This document shows positions 29,901-39,207 of a stretch of 64,000 bases of DNA, piece by piece. The position numbers and the translations under genes are program-made. The DNA comes from Phycisphaerae bacterium. Lineage in GTDB: Bacteria > Planctomycetota > Phycisphaerae > UBA1845 > Fen-1342. The first letter of the stretch is position 1; the number at the start of each line of letters is the position of its first letter. The notes beneath the pieces were generated by a model, which was given only the letters and a program-made list of their open reading frames with translations, was not told the DNA's origin and ran no database searches. The DNA lies in the NCBI GenBank assembly GCA_963675745.2, contig CAXXWX010000005.1:32001-96000 (forward strand). The letters are read 5' to 3'.

Positions 29901-31688
29901 ATGTGTGCGCTGCATTCTCCCCCAAAGGCGGCCATTGCGGCGACGCTCCTGTTGCTGCTGGCCGGGGCGCCGGTGATTGCCCAGACGGCCATATACGTCG
30001 ACGCGGAGAACCCGCCGGGTGACGGAACAACTTGGCAGCAAGCCCACAACGACCTGCAAGTCGCCCTGTCATATGCACCGGCCGGAACGATCATCCGTGT
30101 TGCGGCGGGCACCTACTACCCCGACGGCCTGAGTGGAGATCGCACCGCCACCTTCAACCTCCCGCTCGACGTGACGATTATGGGGGGCTACGCTGGCTAC
30201 GGCGAGACCGACCCGAATGCGCGCAACCCGGAGATATATCGCACAACCCTGAGTGGCGATATCGGGGTTGCCGGCGACGCTGCCGACAACTCGTATCACG
30301 TTGTCACGATTCGCAACACGGGCAGCTCGACGCAGCTAGACGGCGTATCAATCACGGGGGGTAACGCCAGCGGTAGTTCCCCTCACAACATTGGTGCGGC
30401 CCTCTATGTCGACAATGCGCAGCCCAGCCTGCACGATTGCATCCTCAAACAGAACCAGGCCGAATCGGGCGCAGCCGTCTTCGCGGTAAACTGGAGCTCG
30501 CCGACCTTCGTTGACTGCGTCTTCGCCGAAAACACCTGCCAAGGCAACGGCGGCGCATTCTTCGGCATCACCGGTGCGCCATGGTTCTCCAACTGCACGT
30601 TTCAGGACAACTACGCGCTGGTTAAAGGTGGCGCCATTTGCACTATCATCTGTGACATTCAACTCGATGGATGCACGTTCGGAGACAACTACACCGAGAC
30701 CCGCGGCGGCGCGATCTGTCTGGCCGGGGGAACTCCAGCACTGACCGAATGCACATTCATCGACAACTCCGTGTTAAACCAGGGCTTCACCACCGACAGC
30801 AGCGGCGGTGCGATCGTGGTCGAATCGGGCAATCCGCAAATCGTCGAATGCGTGCTCTATGATAACCTGACGATTGATAATGGCGGCGCGCTGGCAATAC
30901 TGGATGGCGATGCACAAATCGTCAACTGCGCATTCATAGACAACCTGGCAACTGGAAGCGGCGGTGGCGTGTACAGCGAAACCGGGACGGCTGTGCTCAC
31001 AAGCTGTGAGTTCATCAGCAACACTGCCTTTATCAGCGGTGGCGGCCTGGCCAACAAATACGCCACCGTTGCGGCAAATGGCGTTACGTTTCAAGGAAAC
31101 GTGTCACACGGGATGGCCGGCGGCATCTATGTCGAGAATGGATCCGCCTCACTCGTAAGTTGCGTCCTCTGGGAGAACCGCGGCGATGGCGGCAACGATG
31201 AGCCCGGCCAGATCACCCGCGTCGGCGGAAGTCTGTTCGTTGACTTCTCATGTATTCAGGGACTGACCGGCGCCCTCGGCGGTCAAGGCAACATCGGCGT
31301 GGACCCGCTGTTTGTGGACCCCGATGGGGCCGACAACATCGCCGGGACGCTCGACGATGACCTGCGCCTGCAAGTCTCGTCCCCCTGTATCGACGGTGGC
31401 GATCCAGCATATGTGCCAGCGCAGGATGAGACCGACCGGGGCGGCGACGCGCGCGTGATCTGCGACGTGATTGATGCCGGCGCGTACGAATTCCCCCGAG
31501 TCATCGCCGACCTTGACTGCGATCGAGATATCGATCACGACGACCTGCAACTCTGGTTGGGCTGCGCGGCAGGACCTGGAATGATCGTTCCAGGCGATTG
31601 TGATGATGGTGATCTCGACGCCGACACCTTCATTGACATGACTGATTTTGCTGAACTCCAGGCGCGAGCCACCGGCTCTGGCGTCTAG
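29901..31688 (+). CDS. Secreted parallel beta-helix (Pmp/pectin-lyase-like repeats) protein with dockerin-like tail
   Basis: Repeated FxxN...GGA(I/L) units; SPCIDGG; DAGAYE; DLDCDRDIDHDD and DLDADTFIDMTDF. Confidence 0.85.
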   Translation: MCALHSPPKAAIAATLLLLLAGAPVIAQTAIYVDAENPPGDGTTWQQAHNDLQVALSYAPAGTIIRVAAGTYYPDGLSGDRTATFNLPLDVTIMGGYAGYGETDPNARNPEIYRTTLSGDIGVAGDAADNSYHVVTIRNTGSSTQLDGVSITGGNASGSSPHNIGAALYVDNAQPSLHDCILKQNQAESGAAVFAVNWSSPTFVDCVFAENTCQGNGGAFFGITGAPWFSNCTFQDNYALVKGGAICTIICDIQLDGCTFGDNYTETRGGAICLAGGTPALTECTFIDNSVLNQGFTTDSSGGAIVVESGNPQIVECVLYDNLTIDNGGALAILDGDAQIVNCAFIDNLATGSGGGVYSETGTAVLTSCEFISNTAFISGGGLANKYATVAANGVTFQGNVSHGMAGGIYVENGSASLVSCVLWENRGDGGNDEPGQITRVGGSLFVDFSCIQGLTGALGGQGNIGVDPLFVDPDGADNIAGTLDDDLRLQVSSPCIDGGDPAYVPAQDETDRGGDARVICDVIDAGAYEFPRVIADLDCDRDIDHDDLQLWLGCAAGPGMIVPGDCDDGDLDADTFIDMTDFAELQARATGSGV

Positions 31689-31733
31689 CCCGGGACCTCC
31701 CGCGCCGCCCACCGCAGTGATGCCAGCTACCGC

Positions 31734-32585
31734 TTATCTCCCCGCCGCCTGTGCCAGCAGTCGTCGGATGCGCTCTTCAGTCTTGGGGTGCGTGCTGAAC
31801 AGCGTCGCGCCGATGTCCCGGGCCGACAACGGTTCCATGATAAACATCTGGTTGAACGCCGGGTTCGCGCCCATCGGAATACGCTCGTTGCCCGCCTGAA
31901 GACGCCGCAGCGCGTTGGCTAGCTTGCGCGGATCGCCGCACAGTTCGCCGCCGTAGCTGTCCGCGGCGTACTCCCGCTGCCGCGAGATGGCCATTTGAAT
32001 CAGCATGGCCGCAATTGGCGCTAGAACAATCATCGCGATCGTGCCAATCGCCCCCAGCGGGTTCTCACGGCTGCGACCGCCGCCGCCGAACCACATCAGC
32101 ATCCAGCCGGCGTAGCTGATCATGCCGGCCATTACGGCCGCGATCGTCGAGATCAACACATCACGGTGCTTCACGTGTGCCAGCTCGTGCGCCAGCACGC
32201 CCTCAATCTCCTCCGGCGGAAACCCGCGCAGCATGCCCTCGGTCAGCGCGACGGCCGCCTTTGATGGGCCGCGGCCCGTCGCAAACGCGTTGGGCGCCGG
32301 CTGTGGACAGATGTACACGCGCGGCATCGGCATGCCGGCCCGCTGCGCCAGACGCTCGACCATATCGATCAGCCAAGGCAGTTCGTTACGCGTCACTTCC
32401 CGGCCACGCATCGCGGCGATCGCTATTTTGTCGGAGAAGAAAAACGCAATGATGTTGCCCAGCCCGCCGAAAATCAGGCCGATCAGCATCCCGTGCGGCC
32501 CCAGGAAGAAATGCCCGAGCAGCATGCACAGGCCAATGAGGCCACCCAACAGCAGTGCCGTTTTGGCGTTATTCACAAATCGCAT
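31734..32585 (-). CDS. htpX: HtpX-like M48 zinc metalloprotease
   Basis: PNAFATG, AHELAH, SRQREYAAD, FSTHP. Confidence 0.92.
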   Translation of the reverse strand: MRFVNNAKTALLLGGLIGLCMLLGHFFLGPHGMLIGLIFGGLGNIIAFFFSDKIAIAAMRGREVTRNELPWLIDMVERLAQRAGMPMPRVYICPQPAPNAFATGRGPSKAAVALTEGMLRGFPPEEIEGVLAHELAHVKHRDVLISTIAAVMAGMISYAGWMLMWFGGGGRSRENPLGAIGTIAMIVLAPIAAMLIQMAISRQREYAADSYGGELCGDPRKLANALRRLQAGNERIPMGANPAFNQMFIMEPLSARDIGATLFSTHPKTEERIRRLLAQAAGR

Positions 32586-32978
32586 AGTGCCTTCACCTCA
32601 TCCAGTCGTTCATGGCGGCAAGCTCGTGGCGACCACTGGATATCATATGGTCGCCGCAAGCTGACTTATCTGCAATCTCCGTTCCACCGATGCCGGAGCC
32701 CGGCTCCGGGTGGCGACGCCTCTTAACTTCTGTGATATCAGCATGATAGAACGCTACAGCCGTGGGGCAATCCGCTCCAACGGCCGGTGTGAGCGCCTGC
32801 CGAAATTTGCCGGGCCTGCCATATGGGCGCCCCCCTTGCGCCGCATCGGCTGCGTGGTTAGAATCTCGGTGGTGCGTAGCAGGCGCGTGGCCGCGTGGCG
32901 CGGGATCAGTGTACCACCGCCGCCGCACCATAACAGACGACCCGTGCTGCGGGTCTGCGTCATCCAACTGGGCTTCAG

Positions 32979-34752
<1,774 letters not shown>

Positions 34753-34779
34753 CCAGACGACTCAATCGGAGCCGTTTTT

Positions 34780-34820
34780 GCTGATAGCTGAACGCTGAAA
34801 GCTGATTGCTGAAAGCTGAC
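34780..34820. repeat. Heptamer tandem repeat (GCTGANN x6)
   Basis: gctgata gctgaac gctgaaa gctgatt gctgaaa gctgac. Confidence 0.85.
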
Positions 34821-34825
34821 CAACA

Positions 34826-35365
34826 ATGTCCAACGGCGGCGGCATGGCAACAGTCCTCTTCTGGGTGATGGCCCTGGTGGGCTGTGCCGTGCTGGCACCC
34901 TGTCTCATCCTGCCACCACTGTTCGACTACCACGCCACGCTGGAAATCAACCGCCAGGCCGACCGGCGCAATGCCGCCATGCGCGATCGGCTCGCCGTGG
35001 TGACAAATCAGATCGCCACCATCGAGCGCGACCCGGCGTACATCGAACGACTCGCACGGGAGGAGTTTGGCCTGACTCCCAGCGGCGTCACCCCGATCCG
35101 CGTTGAATCGGCGGACGCCGTGGCGGCGGACAGCGGGCTCAGCACTGATGAAGAGGCCGCCGATCTCGCCGACAGCAAGCTCCCGGAGGTATCGGAGATG
35201 GCCCAGCGTCTGGTGCGCGAATACCCGCTGGCCCGCACTTTCGTCATGCCGGAGACGCGGCCCTACGCCCTGCTGTTCGGCGTCGGCATGCTATTGGCCG
35301 CCGTCCTGCTCCTCGGTTCGCCCCCGCGGCGCACGGCCCAGCCCCCGACGGATTCGCGCGGCTGA
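34826..35365 (+). CDS. FtsB/DivIC-like septum formation initiator family protein
   Basis: TM + coiled coil + DPAYIERLAREEFGL; directly after eno; extra C-terminal TM. Confidence 0.75.
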   Translation: MSNGGGMATVLFWVMALVGCAVLAPCLILPPLFDYHATLEINRQADRRNAAMRDRLAVVTNQIATIERDPAYIERLAREEFGLTPSGVTPIRVESADAVAADSGLSTDEEAADLADSKLPEVSEMAQRLVREYPLARTFVMPETRPYALLFGVGMLLAAVLLLGSPPRRTAQPPTDSRG

Positions 35366-35399
35366 ATGGCGACGTACGTGCCTGAGGGCCCCCGCGCTG

Positions 35400-35804
35400 T
35401 CAGTCTCCGCCGCGCGTGCAGCCAGACGAACCGCCCGGCAGCCGTGTCAACGTGTCTTCGGCGAACAGCAAAGCGGCGCGCTCAACCTCAGCCTCGGTGC
35501 AGACGGCCGCCTCGATTCCGTTGCGCGACAAATCCGTCATCAAACGCGGCCCCATGCCACGCGAGATCAACGCCTGGCAATCGGCGAGCGCGTCGAGCAA
35601 CGCCGTGTGGCTGTGCCCCGACTTCCCTTCGTGCGCGTGGGTCTCCGCTCCACAGTCCCCTTGGGCATGATGCGTAAAGCGGTTCGCCCGAAACTCGATA
35701 CGCTTGGCCAGGCCGTCGATGATCTCGTATATCACAAACCCGCCGCAGCGCCCGGTGTGGGCGGCGATGTGCTGCTGATCGTCGGAAGCGATCGCGATTC
35801 TCAT
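35400..35804 (-). CDS. NifB/NifX-family (FeMo-co binding fold) protein
   Basis: MRIAIAS...HTGRCGGF...DCQALISRGMG; His-rich insert. Confidence 0.88.
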   Translation of the reverse strand: MRIAIASDDQQHIAAHTGRCGGFVIYEIIDGLAKRIEFRANRFTHHAQGDCGAETHAHEGKSGHSHTALLDALADCQALISRGMGPRLMTDLSRNGIEAAVCTEAEVERAALLFAEDTLTRLPGGSSGCTRGGD

Positions 35805-36352
35805 GGCATCCGCTCCTCATCAGATGTGTTGTGTGCCAGGTGTCTCCGCCGGCGGCCACCGACACCGCGCCCGCGGACACGGCTGCCGGACTGGCCGCCG
35901 GACCGGCCGTGATGGCGGCCACGACGCCCGCCCGCTCCGGGGGCATCGTTTGCGCGGTGGATATTGGGCGCACCACACTTCGGGCAGGCCGTCGGCCGGC
36001 CGGTGCCGTGCGGCTCGGCCCATGTGTGCCCGCAAGCGACGCAATTGAATGTTCTCTCGATTGCCATTGTGTAGGCTCCCGACTCGAAATGAAGCAGCTT
36101 GCCGTGCAACAGCGCGTCCGCGATCTTCTGACGCGCGCCCGCGACAAGCCTGGCGAACGTCGGCCGCGAAATCTCCATGCGTTCCGCGGCGGCGTCCTGA
36201 TACAGCCCTTCAAAATCCGCCAGCCGTACCGCCTCGAGCTCGTCATGCCGCAACAGCACAACCTCCAATGCGCGCCCCGGCACGCCCTGTGGCTTGAAGC
36301 CGGCGGCAACAGGTTCACGACTCACTCGGCGGCACTTCGGGGCACGTGGCAT
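35801..36352 (-). CDS. DUF134 HTH protein with C-terminal zinc ribbon
   Basis: MPRAPKCR, FKPQG, DELEAVRLAD, AAERMEISRPTF, ARQKIADAL; CVAC...CPKC. Confidence 0.92.
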   Translation of the reverse strand: MPRAPKCRRVSREPVAAGFKPQGVPGRALEVVLLRHDELEAVRLADFEGLYQDAAAERMEISRPTFARLVAGARQKIADALLHGKLLHFESGAYTMAIERTFNCVACGHTWAEPHGTGRPTACPKCGAPNIHRANDAPGAGGRRGRHHGRSGGQSGSRVRGRGVGGRRRRHLAHNTSDEERMP

Positions 36353-36370
36353 AGGCAGTATCTCCGCGGC

Positions 36371-36406
36371 TATTATGAACATATGTTCATAATACGGGCC
36401 TGTCAA
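36371..36406 (-). promoter_or_regulatory. Sigma70 promoter overlapped by a perfect 24-bp palindromic operator
   Basis: TTGACA (36406-36401)-N17-TATGTT; palindrome TATTATGAACATATGTTCATAATA at 36371-36394. Confidence 0.85.
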
Positions 36407-36481
36407 TCCCCTTGTCTTGAATCAAGGGGAAAACGCCTCGTCGGCGCCGCGACGCGACGCCGTCAGGATAGGTCCGGGGGT

Positions 36482-37015
36482 CTACGAACTGCGTAACGCC
36501 TTCAGGCCGGCCTTTTGCCGGATGCGATTGGCTTCCGCCCAGGCCTTCGGCGTGGCCGCAAGGAAACGGGTCAAGCTAGACGGACTGACGCCGATGATCT
36601 CGGCCGTTTCCTTCATCCCACCCTTCTGATCGGCCAGCACGTCCAGAATCCGCGCCAGCAACTCCACGCGCTGCGGGTTCTTGTCGCTGATACGCAGACT
36701 ACCCTCCGGCGAGACTGCGCCGGGCGGCCACTGAATCGGCTCGTTGGGCGCCACACGAAAACCGATGCCGATGGCTTCGCGCAGCCGCCGTAGCGCGCGG
36801 GCCTTGTTTTCATGCTGCGATCGGCTTTCCTCGGCCGGGGCGCGCAACCCGCTGGGGCCGTGGTGCAGGCGCACGGCTGACGAGGTCTTGTTGCGCTTCT
36901 GACCGCCGGGACCACTCGCGCGATAGGTGTGAACCTCGCATTCGGCCAAAAGCTCGGCGTCCGAGTAGTAAAGTCGCTCGCGTATCGCCTTGGCGTCATC
37001 TGGGGATGCGGGCAT
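36482..37015 (-). CDS. Peptide chain release factor-like (RF-1 domain, GGQ) protein
   Basis: YRASGPGGQKRNKTSSAVRL, ESRSQHENK; C-terminal HTH-like segment. Confidence 0.85.
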   Translation of the reverse strand: MPASPDDAKAIRERLYYSDAELLAECEVHTYRASGPGGQKRNKTSSAVRLHHGPSGLRAPAEESRSQHENKARALRRLREAIGIGFRVAPNEPIQWPPGAVSPEGSLRISDKNPQRVELLARILDVLADQKGGMKETAEIIGVSPSSLTRFLAATPKAWAEANRIRQKAGLKALRSS

Positions 37016-37232
37016 TTCGGTTCCACTCAACGTGTCAGCGCGCCTCGCGCGTCGCAATGGCCATCGCCTCCTACCGGTCAACTGGCGCCATCCAATCCGG
37101 AAGAGCCACCAACCGGCGTAAGTACAGGATAGCACCTGATCCCCGCCGGTGTCATCAACATTGGACCCTTGACCGTGAGTGAAGCCGGGCCGTTTTGGTA
37201 TAATGTTGACGGGTCGCTGTGGATCGCGTTTT

Positions 37233-37292
37233 GTGCCACGGCTCTGTGAGCCGTGCTTTGGGGTCGACATTCAATGAACACGGCTCACAGAG
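37233..37292. repeat. REP-like inverted repeat, family B (right arm truncated)
   Basis: GTGCCACGGCTCTGTGAGCCGTG (37233-37255) pairs with CACGGCTCACAGAG (37279-37292). Confidence 0.8.
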
Positions 37293-38359
37293 ACATTGCT
37301 GAGTGGAGCGTCGATCCCAACGGCGTGTACAATTACGACCCGAACGACCCGAACACGGTCGAATACGCCATGCTCGCGGCACGCGAGTTCCGCGGCGACG
37401 GGATTGGACGGTATCTGGTGCGTGACGTGAACCCGAATACGCTGTCGCCGATGGGACCGACGATCTGGACGGATCGCGTCGGATCGGCGGCGTATGGCGA
37501 CTTCGTCACCGATTACGACCCGAACCTCGTGGTCGCGGACACAACGCGTTACCTCGGCTTCGCCCAGCAGGATTACAACGGCGCGAGTTGGGACAGCACG
37601 TTCCAGCATCACGACATGCTCGGCTCGACCACGCTGACCGCCGAAGACACCGGCCAGCGCGAATACGAGTTCGTCTACACGGCGTTCGGCGAGCTCTGGA
37701 ACTGGCCGGACGACCGCGACCCGAATTACGTCAACGAGCCAGGCACGCCGCCGCCGACGCGCTATCTCTACGCGGGCAACTGGCAATACGAAACCGGCCA
37801 ACTCTACCTCTACGGCACCAACGAAGACCTCCCGCCGATCGTCCTCCAGCACGTCGGCGAGCGCTGGTACCAGCCGAACATCGGGCGGTTCATACAGAGG
37901 GATCCGATTGGGATTCGTGGTGGGTTGAATGTGTATTTGTATTGTGGGGCGAATCCGCTAAGTGTTGTGGATCCACTTGGCTTACGGACGTGGGCTGAGG
38001 CGTTTCTCGACTGGACGGGCGGTCGCGGCCACGTGCCGGTTATTGACTACGGACGCGCTCACACGATTGTGGTCCGCACCGCAGAGATAGTATCATTGGC
38101 GTCACCTGGAGGTGCGGCCAGAGGCACCACGGTGCTGTGCGCTAGAGCTAGTAAGGTAGGTAAGATCGCCCGCACCTTGAAGAGGACAACCGACGAGATC
38201 AAGAAGGCCATTGAGAGGGCCAAGGGCGGCGGAAGGGCAAGCGGTGGCGCGGGGCGGAAGAATCCAGACGTTGAAATTGAACTTGACGGTGATGATATCG
38301 GCGAGATATTCATCGAGGGCACAGACGAGGGGATCGGGAACATTTTTGATTTCTTCTAG
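37274..38359 (+). CDS. 5'-truncated Rhs core with polymorphic toxin tip (orphan Rhs-CT)
   Basis: HDMLGST, YTAFGE, RWYQPNIGRFIQRDPIG...NVYLYCGANPLSVVDPLGL, followed by a ~124 aa tip. Confidence 0.88.
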   Translation: MNTAHRDIAEWSVDPNGVYNYDPNDPNTVEYAMLAAREFRGDGIGRYLVRDVNPNTLSPMGPTIWTDRVGSAAYGDFVTDYDPNLVVADTTRYLGFAQQDYNGASWDSTFQHHDMLGSTTLTAEDTGQREYEFVYTAFGELWNWPDDRDPNYVNEPGTPPPTRYLYAGNWQYETGQLYLYGTNEDLPPIVLQHVGERWYQPNIGRFIQRDPIGIRGGLNVYLYCGANPLSVVDPLGLRTWAEAFLDWTGGRGHVPVIDYGRAHTIVVRTAEIVSLASPGGAARGTTVLCARASKVGKIARTLKRTTDEIKKAIERAKGGGRASGGAGRKNPDVEIELDGDDIGEIFIEGTDEGIGNIFDFF

Positions 38360-38361
38360 AC

Positions 38362-38778
38362 ATGCGACGAGAAAGATTCAATCTGTGCATTCGCATAGTT
38401 GGTCCGCGTCTGGACCCAACGCTTGCAACCGAGCTCATTGGGCTTGAGCCATCTTCTACGATAAGAGTTGGCGAGTCTCTTTCAAAGCGATACCCCCAGA
38501 ATGTCGCTCGTCACGCAGCTTGGTCACGTATCCTAGCCAAGGACGTTCCCTTGCAGGCGCTGGGTTCGACAATCATGCGTGCGGAGAAAGCGATACCCGT
38601 GATTGCCGATACGGAGCTCGACGCGGACATTGATCTGTTCGTGAGCCTCTACGATGTCGAAGACCAAGCATCCATAGAGCTCGAGGCGGAATTACTGCTT
38701 GCGTTGGGCAAGCGCGGTTGGGCATTAGTATTCGATTTGTACCCAGTGATTGATGATGTTCCAGCGCCAGATGAGTAG
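38362..38778 (+). CDS. Putative immunity protein (DUF4279-like)
   Basis: Starts 2 bp after the toxin stop; LDPTLATELIGLEPS...GE and ELLLALGKRGWALVFDLY; lower GC than its surroundings. Confidence 0.78.
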   Translation: MRRERFNLCIRIVGPRLDPTLATELIGLEPSSTIRVGESLSKRYPQNVARHAAWSRILAKDVPLQALGSTIMRAEKAIPVIADTELDADIDLFVSLYDVEDQASIELEAELLLALGKRGWALVFDLYPVIDDVPAPDE

Positions 38779-38820
38779 AGGTGGGCGTTGTGGAGCGTGC
38801 GCGCGGTGTTTTGACTGGAC

Positions 38821-39151
38821 CGGCGACGGGATTGGACGGTATCTGGTGCGTGACGTGAACCCGAATACGCTGTCGCCGATGGGACCGACGGTCTGGACCG
38901 ATCGCGTCGGCGGCGCCGCGTATGGCGATTTCACCACGGAGTACTCGGGCGAGACGCTCGTGGTCGACGACACGACGCGTTATCTCGGCTTCGCCCAGCA
39001 GGATTACAACGGCGCGAGCTGGGACAGCACGTTCCAGCATCACGACATGCTCGGCTCGACCACGCTGACCGCCGAAGACACCGGCCAGCGCGAATACGAG
39101 TTCGTCTACACGGCGTTCGGCGAGCTGTGGAACTGGCCGGACGACCGCGAC
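38821..39151 (+). pseudogene. Duplicated Rhs core fragment
   Basis: Near-identical copy of 37393-37720, with one divergent internal patch and 3 extra bp; ends before the DPxG motifs. Confidence 0.9.
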
Positions 39152-39207
39152 ACAAAACGCAGGTAGCCGTGCGATGACGTCAACCACAGTCGAGCGTGCG
39201 CCGGGTC

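Noticed and set aside
37016..37270. N-terminal extension of the release-factor-like ORF
   Set aside because: It runs through REP and intergenic sequence; family-like sequence starts near ATG 37015.
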